Assembly (NCBI GenBank): GCA_964617645.1
Contig: CAZTYE010000002.1
Coordinates: forward strand, 374,648 to 438,647
Reading direction: 5' to 3'
From: an uncultured Ignavibacteria bacterium
Lineage (GTDB): Bacteria > Zixibacteria > MSB-5A5 > CAIYYT01
DNA: 64,000 nt
Part shown: positions 1 through 9,436 of the stretch, one piece after another
Layout: the number at the start of each line of letters is the position of its first letter
How positions within the stretch are numbered: the stretch's first letter is position 1
Program-made: the position numbers and the translations under genes
Notes under the pieces: model-generated
What the model saw: the letters and a program-made list of their open reading frames with translations, nothing else
What the model was told of the DNA's origin: nothing
Databases searched by the model: none

Positions 1-883
1 AGGTAATGTTGCCGATAATGATGAAGGCGACGATCACGACATGCGCCATCGTCTGCGGCCCCATCATTTGGAGTGCCGGAGTATCGATGTCCTTGAAGCG
101 TGGGTAGCGGTGAATCAGCTCGGCTTCATATTCCGCTGCGCCTTTAGTTCCACCCAAGAGCCCGACCAACTGCCGTGGGTAGTACGGGTACAGGAGCGGA
201 GTCGAAACGGCCGCCGCGCCGCCGCCGGTCGGCACGTTAGCGCGATCGCGGGCAAACAGCACCCATTCTTTGACACCGGGCTGGCCGCCGCCGATCGAAA
301 TCAGCAGATCCATGTCTTTGAGTGAGCGCACACCGGACATCATCGGAATCGAATCAAGCGACTTGCCGTTGATGTCGAAGGGGAACATCTTGCGAATGTC
401 AGTCACGATCACATTGAGCACGCCTTCATTACCGGCCTTATAGCCGAAGTTGATCCAGTCGACGCCGTACTGCGCGTCCGGAAATTCCGGCTTGAGGATT
501 TTCTCAATCGTCTCGCGCTGAAGCAGAGATTGACCGGTCGCCCAGAGCGAGAAGAAGTACACTTTATGACCTTTCGCCAGAGTGTGGCGCACGAAGGAAT
601 TGGCCATCGGCAGTACTTCCGGCGCCATTGCCGGATCGAAATCATAGGAGATGACGATCTTGGAACCGCTGGGGAGATCCTCAATTTTATCGAAGAGCGC
701 CTTGACAATCGGCGTCGCTTTCTCCCCGAACTTAAGTTGGAACAGCACCGCCAACGCCACCGTCAGGCCGATGAAGAGGAAGATGATCCGGCGGTCAACA
801 TCCTGCCCCCGCCATGAACGCAGAAAGACCCAAAATACGCCACCGCCGACAACGAAAGCTGAGACAATGAATCCAATGTTCAT
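1..883 (-). CDS. Membrane protein B' of the duplicated DUF6754-associated module (partial, runs off the left edge)
   Basis: Missing from the ORF track because it is open-ended. ATG at 883 overlaps the upstream TGA (ATGA). Hand translation MNIGFIVSAF...LPSGSKIVISYDFDPAMAPEVLPMA...YGVDWINFGYKAGNE...PGVKEWV...LVGLLGGTKGAAEYE is collinear with 3434..4429. Confidence 0.9.
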   Translation of the reverse strand, partial: MNIGFIVSAFVVGGGVFWVFLRSWRGQDVDRRIIFLFIGLTVALAVLFQLKFGEKATPIVKALFDKIEDLPSGSKIVISYDFDPAMAPEVLPMANSFVRHTLAKGHKVYFFSLWATGQSLLQRETIEKILKPEFPDAQYGVDWINFGYKAGNEGVLNVIVTDIRKMFPFDINGKSLDSIPMMSGVRSLKDMDLLISIGGGQPGVKEWVLFARDRANVPTGGGAAAVSTPLLYPYYPRQLVGLLGGTKGAAEYEAELIHRYPRFKDIDTPALQMMGPQTMAHVVIVAFIIIGNIT

Positions 884-1554
884 TTATCCTGCCCCAGATA
901 ACTGCGTTCAATGCCCAAGAGCAGTCGCAAGCTCATCGATATCACGCCGAGCGCAATGCCGATCATGATTGCTCGCTGTCCGGCCAGATTGGGGGCGTTC
1001 ATAATCCAGATCGCCATATTGGGAATCTCCGCGAGCGACAGGCTCGGCGGCATCCAGGAGGTCATGATCATTCCGAGCGGCGTGCGTCCGAGCAGAATCA
1101 CGAAAGCCGCGATTAGCAGAATCGTTGCTTCAACGTTTTTGGCGCGAAACGCGCGATACGAGGCGGACGCGACGTAGAATGCCAGCAGTGAGTACATCGT
1201 CGCCTGCAGCGGCGAGATCATGTAGCGGAACAGCAGCTCGAAGTACGAGCCCGGCGCATCAACCGCGCCTTTGATGCCGATGGGATTGCCGATCTTAAAC
1301 AAGCCCACGGCCAGCACCGCGGCAAACCCGATCAATGTGACAACGGAGTATCCCCAATTCGGAGCCTGGCGGCCGATCTTGTCGGAGTGAACACGGATCA
1401 GATTCCCACCGCCAAGGAAGAATGCAAACACGGCGATGATGTCGAAGAACAAGGACGCTTCCTCGCCCCAACTCTCCAACGGCGGGATAAACACCGAGAA
1501 GATCAACACCCAGCCGACGACAATTGTGATTAGAAGCGGTATCTGTCTGCGCAT
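880..1554 (-). CDS. Polytopic membrane protein A' of the module (paralog of 4431..5102)
   Basis: About 6 hydrophobic segments; shares PL.ATM..LLAFYVASASYRAFRA.N and AGQRAI.IGIALG..S.SLR..LGIERS.L.G with 4431..5102. Confidence 0.9.
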   Translation of the reverse strand: MRRQIPLLITIVVGWVLIFSVFIPPLESWGEEASLFFDIIAVFAFFLGGGNLIRVHSDKIGRQAPNWGYSVVTLIGFAAVLAVGLFKIGNPIGIKGAVDAPGSYFELLFRYMISPLQATMYSLLAFYVASASYRAFRAKNVEATILLIAAFVILLGRTPLGMIMTSWMPPSLSLAEIPNMAIWIMNAPNLAGQRAIMIGIALGVISMSLRLLLGIERSYLGQDK

Positions 1555-1559
1555 AAACT

Positions 1560-2789
1560 CTAATTAATCGAGAAGATGCGGTGCATCCACTCTTCCAGCC
1601 GTTGCATTGAACCGATGTCCCAAGCTTGTCCAATCGTCGCCACCGTAGTGCCGACCAATATGGCAACCATGGCAATCGCTTTGCCCACGTCCTGCCCTTT
1701 GAGCGAACCCAACTGCTTCGGCTCTTCCGAGAGATAGGCCGATGCCGCGAATAGCTCTTCGCCGATCAGAGTGTAATCACAGGCTGCTACAAAGAACGGC
1801 AACTGCGCCGGCATCGCGGTGCCGGCGATCTGAATCGCTTCAATCGAGTTTCCGGTTTCCGCCAAGATCAGCGACTCGGCAAAAAACGCCCCTAAATAAA
1901 AGCAAGTAGCGGGTCTTTCGCGCACCATAATGCCGTTAGTCGCCGCGACAAAGCCGAACTGCTCGTCAGTGGTATAGTGCACCATGTCATCCGAGTAGCC
2001 ATCCGGCCGGCCAGCCGCCGCGTAGGCTTCCTTGATTATCTCACGCCCGGCCGTCATCACCAGTGACGCGCGACACGGCATATTGATCTTGGAATCGTAC
2101 TGCGCGATCGTACGCGCCACTCTGCTCAGCAGCGTCAAACCGGCCAATGTTTGGACATTATCCATATCTTGCGTGCCTGCGACGAACAACACCGGCCGCC
2201 CCATTTCGGTAGCGCGACCGACGGCCTCGTCAATCGCCTGCAATCCGGCAATCTGGCGCAGAAATAGTCTGCGGCCGCGTTTGGCGGTTTCGATGAACAG
2301 GATCACTGCGCCGCAGATGATCAGTCCGATGACGACCACCGACGTCTTGGATTTCTTGAACCACTGGCGGACAGATTGAACGGGCGCGCTCTCACCGGAG
2401 GCCAAGCGCCGATCGCCTAACACTGCGACAATCTGGTAAGTGAACGTTTCGCCGGTTTTGGCGTGGTCATCTTCAAAGTCGTAGGTCGCGCGGTCCACTC
2501 GGCCTACGGTATCGACAGCGCCGGTTGCCACGTTGCGCCGCAACACCTCGTAACTGGTAAACTCCGGCAGCTCGCCGTAGCCCGAGTCGACCCAGTTAAC
2601 CTGAATGTGATTTCCGTTGTCATCCGGAACGTCTTGTGCTGTAACGGTAATTGGCGGGAGATTCGCAATCACCGAATAGTCTTCAGCGACGGCAGATTGT
2701 GCCAGAAGCTTTGAGCAGTTTGCTGAAACGAGAAACCCAACTGCCAGAATGACAAGAACCGATATCGGCAGCCCGGGTCTCTTGATCAT
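1560..2789 (-). CDS. FN3-like + DUF6754-type membrane protein (copy 2)
   Basis: Signal peptide, FN3-like beta domain, TM helix, then IAGLQAIDEAVGRATEMGRP...AESLILAETGN...QLPFFVAACDYTLIGEELFAASAYL and a C-terminal TM. The DUF6754 label is from motif recall. Confidence 0.85.
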   Translation of the reverse strand: MIKRPGLPISVLVILAVGFLVSANCSKLLAQSAVAEDYSVIANLPPITVTAQDVPDDNGNHIQVNWVDSGYGELPEFTSYEVLRRNVATGAVDTVGRVDRATYDFEDDHAKTGETFTYQIVAVLGDRRLASGESAPVQSVRQWFKKSKTSVVVIGLIICGAVILFIETAKRGRRLFLRQIAGLQAIDEAVGRATEMGRPVLFVAGTQDMDNVQTLAGLTLLSRVARTIAQYDSKINMPCRASLVMTAGREIIKEAYAAAGRPDGYSDDMVHYTTDEQFGFVAATNGIMVRERPATCFYLGAFFAESLILAETGNSIEAIQIAGTAMPAQLPFFVAACDYTLIGEELFAASAYLSEEPKQLGSLKGQDVGKAIAMVAILVGTTVATIGQAWDIGSMQRLEEWMHRIFSIN

Positions 2790-2794
2790 AAAAA

Positions 2795-3430
2795 TTATCG
2801 AATCAGTTTCAGCCAGTCGGTGAGCAGGAAATCGACGCGCCCGATCAGCAGCGACATACGGCTCATCACCGTATAGCCAAATGACGCGCCGAAAGTAATC
2901 ATCAGAATCCAGGTACCGAGTTTCGCGGCAAAGCCGAACGCGCCGCGATGTTCTTTAGAGAAGAAAAAGTAAATCAGCGCTGCGATGGTGCCAATCAGCA
3001 CCACCGACTGGCCAATGATCATCCCGACCGCGTCGAGCCCGATCATATTGCGCACCGAGGCATCCACCTGCGCGATCGCGTCGGTCACCAAATACACCAT
3101 GAGCTTGAGGCCGGCCGTCGCGCCGACGATAAATGCAATCGGCCATCGGGCAATCCAGCCGATCTTGTTGGACAGCCGCAGCAACATCATTACGCCCAGA
3201 ACTACACCCACCAGCAGCGTCAGATCACCTTCGTGGAAAATTCCGACGTACGCTTTGCGGTAAATATTATCCCAGAAATAAGTGATGAACCAGTAACCGG
3301 CGGAAATGCCGACAAATACCGCTTCAGCGATCTTGTACAGATAGTTGTCTTTATATAAGAAAGAGAAAATCCCCAGCGTCAATAGCGCGCCGATCCAAAT
3401 GCCGAGGGTTTGCATCGTCAGATGTTCCAT
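2795..3430 (-). CDS. Polytopic membrane protein C of the module
   Basis: About 6 TM segments; TLGIFSFLYKDN..YKIAEAVFVGISAGY and LMITFGASFGYTVMSRMSLLIGR motifs; 3-5 nt gaps to neighbours. Confidence 0.88.
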   Translation of the reverse strand: MEHLTMQTLGIWIGALLTLGIFSFLYKDNYLYKIAEAVFVGISAGYWFITYFWDNIYRKAYVGIFHEGDLTLLVGVVLGVMMLLRLSNKIGWIARWPIAFIVGATAGLKLMVYLVTDAIAQVDASVRNMIGLDAVGMIIGQSVVLIGTIAALIYFFFSKEHRGAFGFAAKLGTWILMITFGASFGYTVMSRMSLLIGRVDFLLTDWLKLIR

Positions 3431-3433
3431 CGC

Positions 3434-4429
3434 CTAACCCTTCCGCTCCTGGCGCCCAAGGAAGAATGCGACGTTGCCGACGATGATAAACCAGATGACG
3501 ATCGCATGCGAGAAAAGCTGCGACAGCAGCGCCACCGTTGCCCGTCCCGTCTCGTTGGTCGCGTTCTCGAATTCGGCGGCGCCGGTCATACCACCCACCA
3601 AACCATAGAGCTGCCCGGCATTGAGATAGGCATACATTTCCGGAGCTTGCACCGCCGTATTACCGGCCCCGACTTTGACATTAAATCGATCGACCGCGAT
3701 CTGCACCCACTCCTTGGTGCCGGGATATCCGGAAGACCAATTGGCGACGAAATCCACGTTGGAAAAATTCTCGACGCCGTTAAGCAGCGGGATTTGCTCA
3801 TAAGGGGTGTTGTTGACATCGCGGGGAAACATCGAGCGGAAACTTGAACCCATGCTCTGAATAACGAACTCGTTCCCCGACTGGAATCCGAGATTCACGT
3901 AGTCTACACCGTACTTGAGATTTTTGGCAGCGACTTCCGGCTCGGCCAGCGCGCGCGCGAGGGACAGATTCGCCTGCTGCGGACCCTGCGGCCAGAGTCC
4001 CATGACGATCACCTTCAGATCGTTCTTGAATGCAAACGCCATCGCCGCGTCCGCCATCGGCTGAAGTTCCGGCGCGGAGGGCGGGTCATAATCGTAGGCC
4101 ATCAATACCTTTGACCCCGGCGGCAGCGAATCAAGCGCATTGTAGAGACCGGCCACCTCTGGCGAGACTTTCGTTTCAAGGGAGATGCTCATGAAGTAAG
4201 GCAGCACCAACCCCACGGCGACAAACACGAACACCCAACGACGCTCGACAAACGTGCCGCGAATTGTGAGCATCAGCACACCCAAGACCGCCAGCGCCAA
4301 TAGGGCGATGACGATGTAGGACACCGTGGGCGAGAACTCGAGCGGCTGCGGATCGGACATGAAAGTGCGAATCGCCGCAATCAGGCAGATGAGGACCATG
4401 ATGATGTTAAACAGATGCTTCTTCATCAT
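3434..4429 (-). CDS. Membrane protein B of the module (3 N-terminal TMs, soluble alpha/beta domain, C-terminal TM)
   Basis: YDYDPPSAPELQPMA, YGVDYVNLGFQSGNE and GLVGGMTGAAEFE motifs are shared with the paralog at 1..883. Confidence 0.88.
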   Translation of the reverse strand: MMKKHLFNIIMVLICLIAAIRTFMSDPQPLEFSPTVSYIVIALLALAVLGVLMLTIRGTFVERRWVFVFVAVGLVLPYFMSISLETKVSPEVAGLYNALDSLPPGSKVLMAYDYDPPSAPELQPMADAAMAFAFKNDLKVIVMGLWPQGPQQANLSLARALAEPEVAAKNLKYGVDYVNLGFQSGNEFVIQSMGSSFRSMFPRDVNNTPYEQIPLLNGVENFSNVDFVANWSSGYPGTKEWVQIAVDRFNVKVGAGNTAVQAPEMYAYLNAGQLYGLVGGMTGAAEFENATNETGRATVALLSQLFSHAIVIWFIIVGNVAFFLGRQERKG

Positions 4430-4430
4430 C

Positions 4431-5102
4431 CTATCCCTCGAGATGCGACCTTTCGATGCCGAGAATGATGCGCAGCGATGTCGACACGATACCGAGCGCG
4501 ATTCCGATCTTGATGGCGCGCTGTCCGGCGGTGTGCGGGAAGTTCATAATCCAACTCGCCCAGTCGGAAGACTGAAAGCCTTGCGGCATCCACGAAGTGA
4601 GCATATCTCCAAGCGGCACGCGGCCCAGCATCACCAAGAAACCGGCGATTAGCAGTAGCGTGGCCTGCAAGTTGCGCGCCCGGAACGCGCGATACGACGC
4701 GGACGCCACATAGAACGCCAGAATCGCGAACATTGTCGCCGACAACGGTGTGTAAACGAAAGTATATAGCCAGTCGAAATGCGTGCCCGGATCGCGGAAC
4801 GATGTCGGCGGTTCGTTTTGCAGACCATTGTAGCCGTCAATGAACCCGACGATAACCATCAAAAGGAAGCACACCACGACGACAATCGCCAACTGCCACT
4901 CGTGAGACTTCCGCGAAATCTTGGTGAACGACATCTTCATCAGGTTGAGCGCGCCCAACCAGATCGCGAACGACGCGACTATCGTAAACCACTCGTTGTA
5001 GTAGCCCTCGAGTTCACTGAACGGAGTATGCGGAATGAAGTACGAAAGGACGAAAACCAGACCAACAACGAGGGTGATAATGATTGGGACTTCGCGCCGC
5101 AT
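4431..5102 (-). CDS. Polytopic membrane protein A of the module
   Basis: Paralog of 880..1554; 1 nt from the next gene. Confidence 0.9.
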   Translation of the reverse strand: MRREVPIIITLVVGLVFVLSYFIPHTPFSELEGYYNEWFTIVASFAIWLGALNLMKMSFTKISRKSHEWQLAIVVVVCFLLMVIVGFIDGYNGLQNEPPTSFRDPGTHFDWLYTFVYTPLSATMFAILAFYVASASYRAFRARNLQATLLLIAGFLVMLGRVPLGDMLTSWMPQGFQSSDWASWIMNFPHTAGQRAIKIGIALGIVSTSLRIILGIERSHLEG

Positions 5103-5115
5103 TCTCTATCGCTTC

Positions 5116-6348
5116 CTACTGAACCTGAACAATTTTTAGGATCTCATGCCAGCCAAATCCAACAGCCACGATCATGGCCAATATTATGTAGATCAGAAAC
5201 GCAGCTTTGGCGAAGTCCTGCCCTTTGAGCGAACCGAGCAATTTCGGCTCGCGCGCCAGATACGCCGACGCCGCGAAGAGTTCCTCGCCAATCAACGTGT
5301 AGTCGCAAGACGCCACAAAGAACGGCAATTGCGACGGCTGACCGGTACCGGCGATTTGAATCGCGCCGGCGGCATTGCCGGTTTCGGCGAGAATCAGCGA
5401 TTCGGCAAAGAAGGCGCCCATGTAAAACATCGTCGCAGGCTTGTCGCGCACGACCATGCCGTCGATGGCGGCGGCATAACCGAATTGGTCGTCGGTGACA
5501 TAGTGCACTTGATCTTCGCGGAAGGCATCCGGTCGGCCGGCCTTCTGGTAGGCCTCGCGAACAGCCTCCCGTCCGGTCACCATTACCAGCGACTTGCAGA
5601 CCGGCACATCGAGCATCGTGTCGTTCTCAGCGGCGATTTTCGCGACGCGACCAAGAATCGTAATTGCGGCGATTGTCTGCACATCGTCCATATCCTGAAT
5701 GCCAGGAATGAACATCACCTTGCGACCCATTTCGGTCGCGCGTCCGATGGCTTCTTCAACCGCCTCGATGCCGGCGATCCTGCGAACGTATAGCTCCTTG
5801 CCCGACTTGGCAATCTGGATGTAGATCAGAATTGCGCCGCAGATGATCAGTGTCCACAGGAAGATCCAAATTCGATTGAGATTAAACCACTGCGCGCTCG
5901 GCGCCACCGGACCAACAACCACTGATGCCGCAGCCGAGCTTAAGGCGCCGTCGGCTTTGTCCGGTGCGAATACCGCAACCACCTTATAGAAATAACTCTG
6001 TCCATCAACTAAATCGCCGTTCGTGAAACTATTCTGCCCCTGGGTCGTCTCCCCGATCACTGTGAAATCGCTATCGGCGGAATTGGCGCGCATGACCTGA
6101 TACTTGGTCACAGCGGATACGTCGTCCGGCGACAAGTCCCAGCGAATCTCCAAGCTCGTCCCATTGTCGTAGGGAGTGTCTTTAACGATAACATTCGCCG
6201 GCGGCGCCGGAACGGGAATAGTCGGAATCGCCGTTGTGACTGCTGTTGTGTCGTTGGCTGGTGGGGTATCTACTTGACCAAAAACGGAAAGATAATGAAC
6301 GAGGACGATGGCAAAGCTCAGGCTGATCAGCGATTTCAAGCCGCGCAC
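5116..6348 (-). CDS. FN3 + DUF6754-type membrane protein (copy 1)
   Basis: GTG start after GGGAGG; signal peptide; FN3 (PAPPANV...W...Y.YKVVA); TM; conserved domain very similar to that of 1560..2789. Confidence 0.87.
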   Translation of the reverse strand: MRGLKSLISLSFAIVLVHYLSVFGQVDTPPANDTTAVTTAIPTIPVPAPPANVIVKDTPYDNGTSLEIRWDLSPDDVSAVTKYQVMRANSADSDFTVIGETTQGQNSFTNGDLVDGQSYFYKVVAVFAPDKADGALSSAAASVVVGPVAPSAQWFNLNRIWIFLWTLIICGAILIYIQIAKSGKELYVRRIAGIEAVEEAIGRATEMGRKVMFIPGIQDMDDVQTIAAITILGRVAKIAAENDTMLDVPVCKSLVMVTGREAVREAYQKAGRPDAFREDQVHYVTDDQFGYAAAIDGMVVRDKPATMFYMGAFFAESLILAETGNAAGAIQIAGTGQPSQLPFFVASCDYTLIGEELFAASAYLAREPKLLGSLKGQDFAKAAFLIYIILAMIVAVGFGWHEILKIVQVQ

Positions 6349-6475
6349 ATTCCTCCCAAAGTCCTCCGTCGCGAAGGGCTGATTCGTTGAGCAAACCGTG
6401 TCAATAATTAAGACGAGACAGCGTTCGGTTTGTCCAACGAAAATCGCGCCGGGAATTCAATACCGAATTGCGCGC

Positions 6476-6504
6476 AACTTAGGGCGACCCGCAGTGAGTG
6501 TCAA
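6476..6504 (-). promoter_or_regulatory. Sigma70-type promoter for the DUF6754 operon
   Basis: Minus strand TTGACA-17 nt-TAAGTT, about 125 nt upstream of the 6348 start. Confidence 0.55.
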
Positions 6505-6664
6505 GCCTAAAATCGGGAACGACTGCTCAAGCAGCGTGGCGTCTGCTCCCGTTGAATGGAGCGCTGCCGGGCGGTTAACCCGGAAGCGCTGGATTTGAGA
6601 CGTTTTGGACTAAGAGATTCGTCTCCCAATTGACACATCGAGCGCAAAAAGCGAAACAACGCCG

Positions 6665-9418
6665 CTACTTGAGCAGTACCATCTTGCGCGACGATTCGAA
6701 GGACCCAGCACGCATTCGAACAAAGTATACGCCCGAACTGATCTCGCGGCCATCGACACCCCGGCCATCCCAACTTAGGGTATAGATACCCGGAGGTCGG
6801 GGCGAGTCAGCAAGCGTTGTGACTAATTCACCCAGGCTGTTGTGAATTGTCACCGCTACATCTGCATTGTGCGGTACCTCAAAAGTGACCGCCGTTGATA
6901 GGTTGAACGGGTTCGGATAGTTCTGTCGCAGTTCAAAGTCCGTCGGCAGCGATTGCTGCGCCAGAGTACCTTTCGCCGGATCATGCACTGGCATCGTATC
7001 AGAGTAACAGCAGACATCCATGCGCCCGCTCGTCGTCGATACGGGCGCCGAAGGTCGCCCGGTGCGATCCCAAGGATCGACCGAGAACATCGTCACTACC
7101 ACCGGTTCGAACAAGTACTTGGCACAGAATCTTATAGAGTAACCCGTCAACTCCCGAAACCAGAACGTCTCGTTGTGCGAAGGATAATAGATGCGCGCAT
7201 CATATGTCAGATCGAAGTTGTTCTGGTTGAGGGGATATTGCCAGCTCAGATTCAGAACCTGCGTTGGATCGCTCCCGGATAGTTCCGGGGCGATTGCAAC
7301 ATTTCGCGGCGGATTCGGGCCGTTAACGAATGAAGCCTCCGGTGAATACTGCGGCATCCATTGGGTTTCAATGTAAGGATATACCTTATAGTAGATCCGT
7401 TCCGTTCCCGTGAGCGCTGCCAAGGCATCGTCTGTCCATGTGATGATATTTGGGCCGACAGTATCGACAATCGCGTAGATGCCATTGAGCCCTACTTTCC
7501 TTATAATAACGGTGCCCTGCTCGTTCGGATTCTTGTCGTCCCAGTTGAGCACGCAGTTGTCGGCAGCATAGTTAGGCGTAACCGTCAGCGAGGCGGGATT
7601 GTCCAACTCAACTTCACCAGCTACCGCATAGCTAAAAACAACCTCTTCGGCCCGGCATGGGTAATGGTTATCGCCACCGTCGATGTGGTAGACGTAACTC
7701 ACTAATTCGCACCCGGTCTCTGTAACGCTGCCCTCGACAACTCCTGTCCAGTACAATTCGTAGTTTGGATTTGTGGGAGCCGCGCCTGTCGATCCGGCGT
7801 GCCGTCCCCAAACAAGCGGCGGATCATAGTAGCGGCGGGGGAACGTGATTTGTTTTCGTACCTCGACACGGTCCACCCGACGGTAGACGTTCGAGATAAT
7901 GAAGCGCCACGTTTGATCCTCAATGCCGCCTATCGCCGTACCGTTGGCAGCCGTGTAGAAATCAACGGCATTGGGAAAAGTAATCGCTTTCATTGCTGCT
8001 CCCACATCGATGATTCCGTGGCCGGTGTAGATGTCGTATCCAATTGATGCCTCAGCATCAATCGTCGGAGTCACATCCGTCGCCGTCAATTTCAGCAGGT
8101 TTTCCACGTCTCTCATTTGAAGCGATTGATTGAGAGAATACAATAGAGCAGCCGAACCGGAGACCATCGGCGCGGAGCAGGAAGTACCGGAAAAATAACC
8201 AGATGTCGATTCGTCCCAAAGGGCTCGGTGAGACGTTCCGGGAGCAACCGCGTCGATGTGGAAACCAACGGCCGACTCCCAATTGTAGTTTAACGATCTA
8301 CGAACCCGCTGTCCTAGCCCGTCCGTGGCACCAACGGCGAAAACTATGTCCTTGTATCCAGCCGGGTACTGGGTGTCAAGCGGATCGCCTTCCTCGCAAC
8401 CGTCGATGTCGGTATTCCCCATTGCAGCGACGAACAACACGTCATTGATATAAGCCTCCCACACGGCCTCGATGAAACTGTGATTCAGGCCAAAGATGTC
8501 GCAGAAACCGTTACTGTAATTGACAACTCTTACATTGGATCCAATTAGATTGTACAGCGAACCAATGTCCTCCCACGAATGGTGATCAGTCTTATAAAGC
8601 CAGAGGCGACAACCTTTGTTGCCAGTTCCGCCAATCGGATCATAGGACCAACCCCCGGCTATACCGGCAGAAAGGCCGCTAAAATTCGGATTGGGCAGGT
8701 GATAGTTGTTGGTCAACCCAGCGGCAATACCAGCGACAGAAGTGCCGTGGTTTCGGCTTGGTTCACCGGCTGGCGGTTGAATGGGACTGGCATTGACGTA
8801 TTGAACCTTTCCGTATGGCCCCGCATCGCCGAAGTCGTCATTCTGAATATAGAAGCCATTATCCAGAACGGCGATGGCCACATTCGGATCGCCGGTCTCG
8901 ATCGACCAAGCGACTTCCGCGCCAATGCCATAGTAATTTGAACTCCTGAACCCCCAATTGAAACCGCTCACGTAGTCATAGTCATTTGGGGCTATGTTTG
9001 GCTTCGTAATGAAGCCCGGTGTGAATGAGACAACTTTCGACACGGTGTCGAGCGCGGCGCGCACGTCGGTTGAACCGCGCGCGGTCGGCCATTTCGCGAT
9101 CACCATATTGGCCATCGTGATTGGCGGCAATCCCAAAATGTCGCGAACAGTAAGCTGTTTGTCGCGATAGTCGGGTATCGGTCGGTCGCCAAGTCTCCGA
9201 ATGCTGTCGATGCCGGCGCTGATTAGCGCGGCCCGCAGCGACTCATCCATGTGATCGACTTGGAGAATACCCGTGAAGGAAACGGGGACGCCTTCTATCA
9301 GGCGTGCGTCTTCAACGGCAATGATTCCGATGCCCGGCACCTCCTGTGCGAATACAACCGAGCAAAGAAGAAGATAGATGCCCCCAATACTGAGCAATAC
9401 GATCTTGAGTGATTGCAT
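6665..9418 (-). CDS. Secreted S8 subtilisin-family serine protease with FN3-like domains and a T9SS/FlgD-like C-terminal domain
   Basis: Triad motifs VAVLDNG, HGTSVAG, SGTSCSAP; C-terminus LRQNYPNPFN...WDGR...SSGVYFVRM...RKMVLLK. Confidence 0.92.
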   Translation of the reverse strand: MQSLKIVLLSIGGIYLLLCSVVFAQEVPGIGIIAVEDARLIEGVPVSFTGILQVDHMDESLRAALISAGIDSIRRLGDRPIPDYRDKQLTVRDILGLPPITMANMVIAKWPTARGSTDVRAALDTVSKVVSFTPGFITKPNIAPNDYDYVSGFNWGFRSSNYYGIGAEVAWSIETGDPNVAIAVLDNGFYIQNDDFGDAGPYGKVQYVNASPIQPPAGEPSRNHGTSVAGIAAGLTNNYHLPNPNFSGLSAGIAGGWSYDPIGGTGNKGCRLWLYKTDHHSWEDIGSLYNLIGSNVRVVNYSNGFCDIFGLNHSFIEAVWEAYINDVLFVAAMGNTDIDGCEEGDPLDTQYPAGYKDIVFAVGATDGLGQRVRRSLNYNWESAVGFHIDAVAPGTSHRALWDESTSGYFSGTSCSAPMVSGSAALLYSLNQSLQMRDVENLLKLTATDVTPTIDAEASIGYDIYTGHGIIDVGAAMKAITFPNAVDFYTAANGTAIGGIEDQTWRFIISNVYRRVDRVEVRKQITFPRRYYDPPLVWGRHAGSTGAAPTNPNYELYWTGVVEGSVTETGCELVSYVYHIDGGDNHYPCRAEEVVFSYAVAGEVELDNPASLTVTPNYAADNCVLNWDDKNPNEQGTVIIRKVGLNGIYAIVDTVGPNIITWTDDALAALTGTERIYYKVYPYIETQWMPQYSPEASFVNGPNPPRNVAIAPELSGSDPTQVLNLSWQYPLNQNNFDLTYDARIYYPSHNETFWFRELTGYSIRFCAKYLFEPVVVTMFSVDPWDRTGRPSAPVSTTSGRMDVCCYSDTMPVHDPAKGTLAQQSLPTDFELRQNYPNPFNLSTAVTFEVPHNADVAVTIHNSLGELVTTLADSPRPPGIYTLSWDGRGVDGREISSGVYFVRMRAGSFESSRKMVLLK

Positions 9419-9436
9419 TATTCCCCCGAAACTAAC

